A DNA stretch of 64,000 nt from Patellaria atrata CBS 101060 (Eukaryota). The stretch lies in NCBI GenBank assembly GCA_010093705.1, contig MU006096.1:235558-299557 (forward strand). The letters are read 5' to 3'. Numbering within the stretch: the first letter of the stretch is position 1; each line of letters starts with the position of its first letter. Position numbers and translations under genes: made by a program. Shown here in pieces: positions 1 to 13,003 of this stretch. A model generated the notes under the pieces. The model was not told the origin of the DNA. It worked only from the letters and a program-made list of their open reading frames with translations, and searched no databases.

Positions 1-3
1 GGG

Positions 4-870
4 ATGACTCGTTCGCTGTCACTCCCAGCAGTCGGTCGATGCAAAGGTTCGCGTCACCATTCAAAACAGGCTCGTAGGAGTTTGAGAGATCCACACTTTT
101 CTATGGGGGGTTCACCTTCCGTAAAACGCCCTGTAAGCTTTGATACGAGTTCTGGATGGGTTCGAGGTGAAACCACGACTGAGATCAGCGGCCCAGCTCC
201 CCCTACTCTTCGTTCAAAGGTCGGCTCCTTGATCAACAAATCACTTGGTAGACCCTCTTCCGGCACGGATATGACCGACGATCGAACTATCACAGTTGAG
301 ACAACGTACACGGTATCAAGGTCCAGCGATCCTTTCCAGTCAGCCAATCCGCTCCAGTCATCAACCTACAGGCATAGTCGAAGCGAAGGCTTCATCAATA
401 GTAGCTATGCTTCGGGTCTGAACGCTTCCCAGCCGGATGACAGGACGGTCGATATCGGGGAACGCTATCCCACTACTGGACTCACGCTACCTTCTGGGTG
501 TGAAATGGGGGAAGTTCAGAGCTGCTTTTCAGAAAATACCTCTGTAGGTCGCCGTCAAGGTCTCTTCCAAAGGACCGTGTCGGAAATAAAAGCTCGGACT
601 TTATCACGAACCCAAACAGCGGTAGGCGCTAGAAACTCGAAACGAGGTGGGCTGAACTCGTTGTCCGGAGATTCTCAGGCTCTCAATACTGGCAGTGTCA
701 ATACGTACGCGGGCACGGTTGGAATGTCTCGTCTTGAGTTTGGAGCGAGAAAGGTTGTTGACAAGATTAAAGGTGCGTGGTTTCGCCTGCGTAACCCGCG
801 TGTCCGCAGGTCTGAACCTGAAGATTGGCTTGCGGACAGTCCTCTGACCCAAGTCTACTCGGGCACTTAA
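4..870 (+). CDS. Ser/Thr/Arg-rich hypothetical protein, probably the 3' part of a gene starting before the window
   Basis: 288-codon open frame from the window edge, ending ...WLADSPLTQVYSGT*; no recognisable domain. Confidence 0.55.
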   Translation: MTRSLSLPAVGRCKGSRHHSKQARRSLRDPHFSMGGSPSVKRPVSFDTSSGWVRGETTTEISGPAPPTLRSKVGSLINKSLGRPSSGTDMTDDRTITVETTYTVSRSSDPFQSANPLQSSTYRHSRSEGFINSSYASGLNASQPDDRTVDIGERYPTTGLTLPSGCEMGEVQSCFSENTSVGRRQGLFQRTVSEIKARTLSRTQTAVGARNSKRGGLNSLSGDSQALNTGSVNTYAGTVGMSRLEFGARKVVDKIKGAWFRLRNPRVRRSEPEDWLADSPLTQVYSGT

Positions 871-1864
871 TGGCTGTTTCCGCTTGTCCTTTGGTACCAG
901 GTGGATTGAGTGATATGGATATTCGAACCTCGCTTCCGTTCACGGCATATTGTAACTCAAATATCTTCGATGTCTTTCTCTCCTTCGTCTTGGTATGCTA
1001 AGACAATCGCTCATCAGTTGTCGGTTTCCCTATCCTGCTTCCTGTTGGAGGCCAATCTTTCTATCCTATGCAACACATGTTTTGCGTTTCTTTATGGAGG
1101 GCATATGGCTACTAGGACAATCTTTTCTCCACGGTTGTTGAACGCTATCTCGCGACGGCTAATGGAGTAAGGTGGTTGATATGTCGCATAGGATAATCAT
1201 TCATGTATTATAATTTCTGGCATAGATGCCACAGCAGAGATAGGGATATATGCTTCATTAGCATAGAGGTAGATGCTTCATTAAGCATAGGAATCAATGC
1301 ACAAGATGATATTGCGCTAAATGATGTGTCTATTTTTTGAGGTCGATGACTTGAATCGATGGCCAGGATGTTTGTTTCCGCTATGACTTGCAGCTCGAAC
1401 TGATGTACATCCATCATAGGATATTTCTCAGAGGACGATGACTAAGTAGTAACCCTAATTCCAAGCTCACATCAAGCAGACGACATTGAGTTAGCCTTCT
1501 AGCACCCAAAGTTGGTGTTCCATTTTGACCCAAACCATTGAGCGCATGGAGATGTGAGAAGTATCATGAAGCCTCTAGCTGTAGCATTTATGACCTTTCC
1601 CTTACTATTTGCCCATATAACCTATACCTCAATCGCAAGGTTGACCTAGGGAACGTGAAAACGGAAGATGGACACAATCAGAGCACGGCTCACTGAGCAA
1701 CACCGTCATCCAGAGCACGAGCATCAGTTCACGAATGAATTCTCGATACAATATCTCGTTGTACCGTACAGTCCAAGAGCTCAACAAAGTGAATACGACA
1801 GGGCCCAATAAGTATCCTAACACCAAGAAACCATTATGACCCTCAGAGTACCCAACCCCTAAAA

Positions 1865-4047
1865 TCAGAACACTGCGCCCCCGATAATGAAGACCCGTTC
1901 CTCCTCCCTGCGGACCCACTGCACGACCCTGTTCGCGGCCTGTGCCAGAGCGGCCCGAGACGTTGTACCAGGCGCGACGGCATAGAGGTCGAATAGGGGG
2001 GTGGTCCATGCGAGAGTGAGGCAGTTGCCTGACGTCGTGTGGTGTATTTTGAGATGGGTGGGGCGCGTGTGGAGGTGGGTGTGTAGGTGGGTATAGAGGG
2101 TTAGGAGGCTTTGAGGAGTTAGCTGGTTTGAAGGTGTCGAAGGAAGTTGAGGAGAGAGAGTGGGAGAGTAGACAATATCGGGACGGGAAAGTCAGAAGGA
2201 TGGAAGAGATTGAAGGTGCATTGTTGGCGGATGAGATGGTGCTACTTACCGTCGGCGAGCTATGGGTGTCGAGAAATATGGATCGAACGAAGGCATCGTG
2301 AATTGGACATTACCGCGCGATTTGTAGAGGAAGTGCCGTAGCGTTGTGCCTGGGATGATGTCAGTGCAAGAGGGACGACCACGCTTTATGGCAGCGGTCA
2401 TAAATGCTAGTGAACCGTTTTTGTCAAGTTGCTAGCACCAGTCAGTGTGATTTTAGGCTCTATGAGGAGGGTACCAATGAGTTGTGGAAGGGGAAAGAGA
2501 TAGACCAGGAAGAAACAATGAGAGAGGCTGAAGTTTGACCTACCTCGACGAGTTCATCCCTCATCTTCTTTAACTCGAAGAATCCGTCTTTGTTGGCGCT
2601 AATGAGTAGAATTGCTACCTCATCCTCACCAGATGATGTTGATGGCCGTTCTCTGACTTGTTCTGAAGTGTTGTTCACGTTCAGAAAGCTAACATACATG
2701 TAGAGATAACCAGTGTTATTGAAACCGGGAAGACATAATGGTATCCAATTCTCCCCGCCGCCAGCTTTCACGCTCCCGGCCTCGAAAAGCATGTTGAAGA
2801 TCAAATGCAAGTCTCCCGGATGTAGAGAATGCTTCTTGGGTCTCACTACGCTGACTAGCTTTCCGCTTGCTACAATCAATCCATATAGTAAGTTTGGGGA
2901 ACGAGTTTTCAACAACGTGTTATTGATAACTTGACGGTGAGACTTTCGAAGCTTCAAACATTCTAACGCTGATAACAGGGTCGAGGGAGAGCCGCGAGTG
3001 AAACCATCTGCAAGTGCTGATAGTAGTATCTCCGTACCTTGGAGTGGTCGTCGGAGGTCTGTTGATGCTCTCGCTTTGAACATGCGTTCTAGGCTTGGTA
3101 GAGTAAGAGTAGAGAGAATTTGCATATAAAGTGACTCAAGCTGAACCCGAAGTTGTTGATCACTTTCATCCAGCTTGCTGATAGCAACGAGATTAAGGGG
3201 CCCCTTGGAAAGGATCGCAAAACGAACGTTACCAGCAGTGAAACCCTTCAAGCTGTCATTGGCTCCTTGGTAGAATGAAATAATTGTTTGTATAATACCA
3301 ATGTAATTGCTGATCAACCTATCATCGCCATGACGGCTATAGATAGGTTTCCCAGCAGATGAGAGGACAAGAAAGTGCTTGAGTTTTGCTTTCCATTGCT
3401 TCACTACTAGTTCTATACATGCGGGAATCAGTAGCTACTCTTGATAATCAAACATCTATCTAACCTTCGTTTGATCCATCGGTCTCTAATTCCGTAAGCT
3501 CATCAAACTCATGCTCGAAAGCTTCTTCGAATTCCGGTCCATTACCGAATATAGAAGCTCCCTGGCTTTGACCTCCTGGGAACTGGGGACCCATGATTTT
3601 CCATGTTTGTATCTCAGAATCCCCCAGGACCTCACCTAAGAGACTCTCTATGTCTCCGTCGGCCTGCATAGTAGGTGCAAAGCTCCTTATACTGGCACTA
3701 TCATCCACCTCACTTCCGCTTCGACTTCTTCCCCGCGCTCGAGTTTGACACGAAGCCGGCGACCCATCTCTGTTTGTTTGAGCATGTAATTCTCCTAATG
3801 ACAATGCTGTAGTTGCTTTAGACTGAAGACCTGGTCTTTTTGCGGAACTTGGAACCCTTAAGCCGCCAGAGGTGGGCGGCCGGTCACCAAGTAAGCCATA
3901 AATCTTAGGACGAGGCGGGAGCGGTGGGGGAGTAGTTTCTCTGGATGGAGCTGCTGGAGTGTCTTTGGCTAATTCAGTGCCTTCTTGAGTAAAGGGAACC
4001 GTGGGTAGTTCAGAAGACGGTGGAGTAGATGGATTCTGGGCGGCCAT
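1865..4047 (-). CDS. MON1: Vacuolar fusion protein Mon1 (Ypt7/Rab7 GEF subunit), multi-exon
   Basis: Longin-1 signature [52 protein letters not shown]; last exon ends ...[18 protein letters not shown] (TGA 1865-1867); GT-AG introns. Confidence 0.92.
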
Positions 4048-4342
4048 GTGGGCGTTTTCAACGTATTCGTCGCGGTTGGACGCTCATATTGCATACATCT
4101 ATCGTTCTCATGAGGGTATACTCATTCCCATGGGAGTTGCTTCAATAAAGTAGTTTGTGGTGGATAAAAGCACAAATGATTACTTCTATGTTGTGTAGGA
4201 AGAGGTGATGCAGGTTCAAGGACGCGTCTTTCGTGTTCTCCCAGACGACAGGCAACACCACGATTACTTCAAATGCATCCAGCATGAGAATGCGCAGGAG
4301 AGCAACTCTACTTACCGTAACCTTTTTTCAATTTGAGAGAGA

Positions 4343-7300
4343 ATGTCTCTTGATCCTTCAAGTTTCCGCTATCAATCCGCATCCCCCACAAGCTCAGGCC
4401 GATCTTCCCCAGTCAACCGCCCGCCTCGACGGCAAATCGAGGACGGTATGTAGGTCTCAACCCGAACCCTGGATCACGTACTATTGCTAATATTTTGATT
4501 ATACAGGAATCTATAAGAAAGATAAGAGTTTCAGGCGATATGCTGCAGGCGTTGAGCGGGCTTTGGCCTTGTTCGATAGCCCCCAACAAGACTGGGCCGA
4601 TTATATATCATTCCTGGGCCGGCTGTTGAAGGTCACTATACCAAGTCATAATCCCTTTAAGCTACTACGGCTCACACGAGCAGGCTATACAAGCGAATCC
4701 TGCAGATATCCCAATCGTACCGCATAAAGAAACGGTTTCCACAAGATTAGCCCAATGCCTCAAGTCCTCTCTCCCCTCCGGGGTCCACCAAAAATCAATT
4801 GAGGTTTATGCGCAGATATTCTCAATACTTGGTGTATGTCAGCTTGTGTTGATCAATATGTGGATAAACTAAAGATATGATAATAGAAAGACAATCTAGC
4901 TCGCGATCTCCCCATCTACTTTCCGGGCTTGTCATCAATACTTTCTTTCGCGAACCTTGCTGTCCGACCCGCGTTTCTGTCCTTGTTTGAGACATTTATA
5001 CTTGAACTTGACCCTCACAGCTTACGTCCGGCGTTAAAGTCAATTGTACTCTGTCTTTTGCCCGGTCTGGAGGAGGAAACCAGCGAAGATTTTGACAGAA
5101 TTCTGCATATCTTGGACAGTGTCAAAAGTGCGGTCAATATTGAAAGACTACCCAATAGGGATACGAAGAGTGAGTCTGGGGACTCTTACTTCTGGCAATG
5201 TTTCTTCTTAGCAACCATTACCAATGCGTCAAGGAGGCAAGGGGCTCTGGCGTACCTCTCGCGCAGACTCCCAAGACTCATTGGGAGTAGTGGACGGCGG
5301 CTTTCCTTATCGTCTGAAAGTAAATCTGATTTTGATGATCTCCCTCCAGCTGCAGAGGCGGCGATATCTCCGGAGCCTGGTTTATTTGTGCGGTGTTTCG
5401 CCGCAGGATTGTCGGATGCCCAGTTACTTGTTCAACGGGGCTTCCTTGACCTATTGGTAACTCATGTACCGTTCGACTCCCCTGTCCTCCAGGTTCGGAT
5501 CAGTGACGAGGATATGGATCTTCTGATTACGTCTGCTGTTGGGGTTGTAACACGTAGGGACATGAGTCTTAACAGAAGGCTCTGGGCCTGGTTCTTAGGA
5601 CCGGAGCCTGCATCTGGCGCTGAAGAAGATTCACAAGCTACTTCCCCCGCTGTCAGCAGCAAAATTGGAACAGGAGATCCATCATCCTATCATCTGTCTT
5701 ATTTTACTAGATATGGCTTCAGACCCTTAACTCGATGTATTAAGGCCATGATATCTCGTCATAACATCAACTCACTAGAACGGGCGAGACCTTTTCGAAT
5801 CTGTCTATCTCTAATGGATCGCTGGGAAGTAGGTGGACTGATTGTTCCCCAGATATTCGTATCTGCAATGGAGAGTGTCTTTGCATATAGCAAGACAGCT
5901 ACAAAAGAGCAATTGTCGGATGTCTTAAAGAGTGCCAACATATTTTTCGATGGCGTTGAAAGCGGGCTCATCTGGGGTAAGCTCTGCGAATTGATAACAT
6001 CTGCATTTTCACCGTCCCCCAAACTGTTAGAGGATCGTCTTTCGAGACTCAATCTGGTGAAATTTATCTTTACACGCTTCAATGTTACCGAAGAGGAGAT
6101 GGTGTTCTACCATATCCCACTCACGGCTCTGCTGATCCTCTTGCAACTGGAAAACCTAAGACCCACGCTCACAGAAAACGAAACGCTTGACGTCCTTTCG
6201 GTCGCCTTCGATATTGTGGATAGCTTGATACAAATAATACCTGATAAGGCTTTTGACGAAGCCGCTTCTAAGCTAGGACCGATATCTAACAAATCAAATC
6301 ATACCGAACAAACCCCTAAAGCATTGATTACAAATATTCGATCATTTTATGAGGACAATCAGGGTAATCTAGACATCTCTGGTCCTCCAATATCTGTCTA
6401 TTCTCTGGGTCAAGCATTTCTGTCCAGTTCTGCCAGACTGTTTGTCAAAGTCCTGAATCGCGAACTTCCTAGCAAAGTTATCGAAACTTGTACGCGGATT
6501 TTTTCTTCAGTTATGCAAAAAGTACCAGACCATAAATACTTGTATGGCCTTGATATAGATTTGTCTATAACTGCTCTTCTCGATACGAGCTCTAACTCCC
6601 CACCTCATGCATCATTTTCAGAGCTATATGCTAGTACGGTAGCTATAACACTAATTCAGTCTCTCGGATACACGCCTCCTCTTATAGACCTCTCGCGGAT
6701 TCCTAGGTTATTCAAATGTTTAGTTAGAGAAATCTGGCGGTTCTTGTCACCTTTTACGCCCAAGTATCATGTCGAAGCTGTCCGATGCTTATGTCAACTC
6801 CATACTAGCAGTCCATCCGACCGACTAGTTGAAGCTTCCATTACTAGTGTTCTCATTTCTGAGAACAACATTAGCGTCGAGAATTGCATGCGTTTCACAG
6901 TTTTATGGAACCACACGATGCACGAGAAAGGTCTTCAGACTGAGAAGGGATCTCGTTATAATTCATCGCGGCGGACGAGCGGTATTCCGATAATTACAAA
7001 TCAAAGGGCGGAAAGTCCCATGTACGACGGCATCCTCACTCGACCGTTATTACTGATGCTCGACACCCTCGCAGAGGAGGGAAGCACGACGTTCGCATTC
7101 GTGAAAACGTGGCTTCAAGAGCTGCCTAGCCTTCCTACTGTATTTGCGATTTTACTTTCGAAGCTTAGGGATGTTCAAATATTGAAGTCTGAAGAGGGGT
7201 CCAATCTAAGAACGACGACACGGGAATCGGGCATGATTATTGATGACCAGAAGAAGTGTCTGTACTACCTCCAGCACCTGCTCAACATCGTTAGATGGTC

Positions 7301-10191
7301 GTCAGGCCATACCTGGTCCATTATAGCCTCAGAAATGACATCCTCACTCAATATGGATAGCGTTACAACCGGCACAGTGAGTCTACAGGTGTTAATAGTG
7401 CAGATATGCATGCGATTGATATCGAACGGTTCTTTCCTTAGGCGCGGTGCGAACGCTGGCCCTCTATTTATCCCTATTCAAAGAGCCGCGTTGTCTGTTT
7501 TGCAAATCATCTTGCAAAACCCGAACTCGTCAGCCCTTAAAGAACTGACACTCGAGATACCCCTCATAGACCGGCTTAATATGTCCTTGAACGAAGCAGA
7601 CAGCACTCTACAAGGCCCCTTATTGGATGCAGCTATAGCTGCGCTAAAGGTCCGGTTCGATAGTGCTCCTATACCCGCGAAGGAACCACATCAGAGGAAG
7701 CCATCTAAAGACCTTGCTTCTCCGACCTTCCGTGCTAACCCATCGTCCGAACAGTGGGAGAAGCCACAGACCGCTCAAACAGCCGCGCCCCCTTCACAAC
7801 TTGTTGAATCTATTCGCGCAGGATTCGCATCGCCGTATGCTAGACTATGTCTCGACAAATGGGTAGACTTCCTTGCGGAAGTCCTTCCCTTGTATGCGGA
7901 TACAATATTCCAAAATCTTCTACCATTAGTAGAATGCTTTTGTGGACAGATCGGTCAGGTTTTCGATCAGTTTGAAATGATCTTCCGAGAATCTATATCT
8001 CCATCAATTGCTCCAGAACCAACACTGATATCGCTTATGAACGGATTAGAACAGATCCTTGCGAGTGCTCACCAACGTCTGTTGATGGAAGAAGCCAAGA
8101 GCATCGCCAATAGATCACCAGAGCAGCCGCAAGGCTTTTTCGGAAATATGGTCTCTGGTGTCTTTTCTGCTGAGACGAACCAATCAAGAAGCACTACCGC
8201 AAACAGTAGGCTAACGGTCATCCTCTGCTTCCAAGATACCGTGCGGATATGTTTTAAGGTATGGTCCTGGGCAAGTTATGGGTCAAGTCAAGGGCAACAA
8301 GATCCTGTTTCTCTGGCTTCCTACGGATACACTTCTATACGTATGCGGAATAGGGCGAGGCGTATGCTAGAGCACCTCTTTGCCGCAGAATCGCTTGAGT
8401 GCTTAGAGACCTTGGCTGTGGTATGGAGAAAATCGTCACCTTCCAGCTCCTCTTCTACCGCAGTATTAGGCCTCTTAAATGTTCTCGACGGCTCTAGGCC
8501 TAAGAATATCATTCCTGCTATATTCGATGCGGTATATAGTCGTACAAACCCTTCCGCTCTGGACGCCGCCCGTACCTCCAGCCTTACTTCCGATCTAGCA
8601 GATACTGATCTTGTAGCTTTTCTAGTTGACTACACTCGCTCTCTAGAAGATGATGCCATGGATGACATCTGGCCTGATTGTCTCGCTTTCCTGCGTGACG
8701 TCCTCACGAATCCACTACCTCATCGCCAGGTCCTTCCGATATTACTGGACTTCACAGCTATGCTGGCTGAGAAGGTAGACAACACAAACTTTGGAGAGCA
8801 GAAGAAGATGCGAAAGGAATTAGGTGTACGTACAGTTATACACTCACATTAAATTAGTTTGCTGACGTTTGGAATAGGATATCTTCATGCGGCTTTTAAC
8901 GGCTACGTTCACTACACGATCTCTAGGTTACCTCCAGGAGACTCCACAATCACACCATGACGAAAAGGGTATCCTTCCGGAATCGAAACAGATGGATGTA
9001 GTCGCCCTTCTTTCCAGGATTGTGCCAAGGTTACAATTAGTCCTTGTCGATAACGACCGTATAGCCAGTGCAGCAGGTACTATATCCAGCAATGTTATTT
9101 CACCAGCAATTCGCGCGAAAACCTTCCCAGAGAACATGTCTCGCCATACTCTAGATCTCATGTACCAGGTCGCCCGCGTAACGCACAGTTCCAAAGTTTG
9201 GAAGAAGGACGTATTGGACGCTTTCAACGACCCTAGATTCTTCTCTACTCCAACATTGCTCGCAAAGGAGCTCTGGCTCCCCATCCTCCAACAATGGACG
9301 CTCAGCGACAAGGAACGCATGCCTGAACTGCTGTCTCGAATTTCCGCTCCGACAACCGCAGGCATCATGTTCGGTGTAGGAGCCACCTCTGCCCGACTCG
9401 AGGCCGACCGTAGGACCCAACTTAACCTCAAACGCATTGCCGTTATCATTCTCGCTGCTGCAGAAGACACATTCACAACTTCTCTCTCGGGCATAGAAGA
9501 AAAACTAGTGGAACTCCTCTCCGCAACACCCATCTCCTCCCCTTCGTCTGCCACTCGCGCCGAAGTCTTCATCCTTCTCCGCGCCTTAGTTCTCAGGACC
9601 TCTCCCATTCATCTCGCCGCGCTCTGGCCCCTCATCACAGCGGAACTACAAGCTGCGATCCGCTCCACGCTCCCGGACGCCAGCGCGGAGATCGCAGAGA
9701 AGTTTGCGAACGCGGCACTGCTCCAGGGCTGCAAGCTCCTCGACGCACTCGTGACACTCGCTCCCGACGACTTCCAGCTCCACGAATGGCTCTTCGTCAC
9801 CGATACCATCGACGCAGTCTACCACCCGCCAGACTGGCGTCCCATCGCCGCCGTCGATGAGGTCGCGGAAGCATTGGGCGAGGCTTTCGTGGAGGAATCC
9901 GGGAACTTGGAGAGTGGAGCGTTCGCCCATGGTGATGCGGGGACCGGGAAGGGTACGTTCATCGGTCCTATATTGGATGGGTTGAGGAACGAGGTGGGCG
10001 ATGTGGCGGATCTGAAGGCGTTGAGTAGGACCGAGTTTGTAGCGAGGGTGTTGAGGCCGTTCTTTGGGAGCTTGAGTATTGGCGCGTTTGAGGCGACGTA
10101 TAAGATGGGTGGCGTGGAAGGGGGTCTCAGGGAGAGAAGGGATGCGGCTGTGCAGGGGTTGTTGGAGGATTTGTTTGATAGGGGTGTATGA
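4343..10191 (+). CDS. DOP1: Dopey family protein (Dop1/DopA), multi-exon
   Basis: Spliced N-terminus DWADYISFLGRLLK and LPSGVHQKSIEVY; RRDMSLNRRLWAWFLG; C-terminal FQLHEWLFVTD; ORFs 4929-8852 and 8887-10191 joined by a short intron. Confidence 0.93.
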
Positions 10192-10558
10192 GGTGCTTTG
10201 CTTGTGCTGTCCTTTCCTTTCATCTCTTCTATTACTAAACTCATATGAGATAGTGGCTAAAAGTGTTTCCATGATATTGATGGTGTGATTTCTACGTCTG
10301 TATGTCCTCTCTATCTAATCGCTCAGAAAAATGATGCTGCATATGGTGTGAGGACCAAGGATATATTGTACCGCGCAGAGTTACTCCCTATAAAAACAAC
10401 CAGAACAATTTCCAAGAAATAAAGTAAAAGTAGAAACATTCACGAACAAATCGTCTAGGTTTAGATGAAGTGCGTCTTAAGTAAATTCCCAACAGGACGC
10501 CGTCACTCGCCTACTCAAAAGGTTGCAGAAATAATTCAGAAACGGGGGTCTTGGCCCT

Positions 10559-12388
10559 TTAATAAGCACCAGCATCCTCTGACTCTTCGAGATGAAAGTT
10601 GCCCGTATGCAATCCATTCAGTACCATTCTACCTTCCTCAGTAAGATCTGGCTTGCCAAGCGGCGTCGTCGCGGCGGTGAAAAACCTTGGTTGCCACTCC
10701 ACACCTTTCTCCTTCCGTTCAGTAGCCTTCTGGCGTTGCCGCTCCTCAAGCTCGGTCTTGAGCTGGGTGGCGAGAGAATACTGTTTGGATAGGATGGCAT
10801 TAGTGACTTGTGACCAGAACTTGCGGGACTCGTTGGGAAGTTGCTCAGATTCGGGGGGGATGAGCTTGGGTACTGGGAACAGAGGTGTTAGATCAGTGAG
10901 GAGAATTTTGTCTTTGGCCTAGGGAACGTCAGTAAGGTTGGTTAAGGTTAGCAGTGTTGTTTGGGGACATACAGAGGCCTTCTTTATGTCTCCTGAGCCG
11001 AGAGTGTAAAAAATCTTTTCCATCCACGAGCCGTCGATGCGGGCTAACACATCCTTGGTTGGGACATCTTTGAGCTTCGTGATGTTGTCATTCTCTGGAT
11101 CGTAAGTAAATACTACGCCCTCGACTCTGTTCTGTGATCTACCCAGCCACCCCTCTTCCATGTACTGCAATATTATTTTTATCCTTGTTTTAGCGCAGGT
11201 AATGAAGCATGTATCAGCAACTGATACGCTTAGTGAGCCTGACTAGGTTAGTATATCGTAGGTTTTCGATTTAGACTCAATGACCTTACCCCTAAGGAGT
11301 CCTCCAAGGTGAGCCGCCGGATGAGTAAGTTGGTATTCCTCATTATCCCGTTTCGTTAATGTGATAAAAATGCCAAGGTTGTGTGCACCGGGTACTACCC
11401 TGATACTCGTTCCCGTGAATTTTGCGCTAAGCTGGTCGAAACCCCGTGCTACAATACCCTTCTCAGGACAGTCCACATAGAACGCAGATACCGGAGGATG
11501 ATGTGATGTTTGTTCTGTGAGATATGACACAACTATTGGTTGCTTTGGTTTACCAGATGAGACAACCTCTTGCTTCTTGGTTGGCATCTTAGGAGCAGGG
11601 TCCGTGGGCTCTATAGGTGGTGCAGTGTCCTCTACCTCCCAGTTACACTGTGAGGATTTAGCTTTGACTTGATGCTTCACGGGAATTGCAACATACTCTG
11701 AAGAACTCCCCAAGTGTCGAGTTGTACGGTTTACAGGGTTTGCCTTTGACATATTTCTGCATGAGATAATCAGTCCGGGCAGTTATATATCATACTACAA
11801 GTACTACGCACGAGATCTTTTGTGAACCAAAACCTCAGAACTTCCAGTATGCGACCTAACGGTTCTTCGGAGTTACCAATGCTATACTGTTCTTAGCCAC
11901 AGATGTCACTCGGGGTTTTTATTGAGATCCACATACGCGATAAACGTCTCCGGTCTGTCCAGGTAGCCCCAATATTCTTAAAAGGGGTCAATATATGTTC
12001 TTTGTAGAAGGGAGACTGAGCCGCCAACGTACCTAGATTTGGTGTAGGTTCGAGCAGCTGGGCAGGCAGCGAGAATCTCACAGAAGCGATATCTGAAACT
12101 CCGATGAACCTACAGCATAGTTGAGGTTAGCATCACGTTATCGTCCTTCCATACGCGTCCCTAGATCTCTAGAATATGACGAATCGGAGTCCCACTGGAG
12201 CGATGGTTACCATACCTACGTAGAATACCAAGGAACGTTTTCAATTTTGATTGTTCGTCCGGGTCTTTCTCGATAGGTGCATCCTTGACTGGCGTTGACG
12301 TCCTCGACGGGTCGGCGGAACTGACCATTACGCTGGCCATGGGACGTCCCTCGGAGGTGCTATCAGCACCTGCTGGGGTGGTAGCCAT
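10559..12388 (-). CDS. Oxysterol-binding protein-related lipid transfer protein, multi-exon
   Basis: OSBP fingerprint EQTSHHPPVSAFY; RFSLPAQLLEP; last exon ends ...GLHTGNFHLEESEDAGAY*. Confidence 0.9.
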
Positions 12389-13003
12389 GGTGGGGTGGCT
12401 ATGAGTAGTTTGAGGAGGAGTTTTGTCGGTTATTGTTTATAGTGAGGATATTTTGAAATTCAGTTTTTGTAGGGTGATACAGTATCTTTTGAGAAGGTAG
12501 ATGGTAGGAGTGAAGTTATGGAGACTGAGCCTCCACTATCTTGAATCATATCTGGAACTGCCCTTAGGTTGTGCCCGGGCTTGATCGCTGACGTATAAAA
12601 AGTAGCACTAAGCTCACTTCTGCTAGTCATGATAAGTCATCTACTTTCAAAACACAGACCGCGCCTTTTCCCGCTAACCAACCGATTCCGCACGACTTTT
12701 AAAACATCATCACGGGGAATGATAGCTTGGACGAGATGCAGCAATGGAACCAGCTTGATTTTCATTGTAACATTATACAAATCATCTAAGCATTATACTC
12801 CTTGTACTAACAATACATGTGATGTTAGTAGTGTCAATTACTCATCCCATTCATGAACTGGTTTTCGAGCCCTCTTTGATAGGAGAAGGATGCACCTCAC
12901 CCGTGTCTTAAGCTACCACCAACGGTATCACCAGATATATCCACAGCAATATCCTACTTGCGCTTGTTGGTTGGGACAATGTGTATGTTCCCTACTTCAA
13001 TCC

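Noticed and set aside
1450..1458. TAACCCTAA as a telomerase RNA template
   Set aside because: Single 9-mer in a short region between convergent genes; no other supporting elements seen.
8928..10272. Long antisense ORFs over the Dopey 3' exon (similar ones overlap the WLM, hydratase, HAD and iPGM genes)
   Set aside because: Expected shadows of codon-biased coding sequence.
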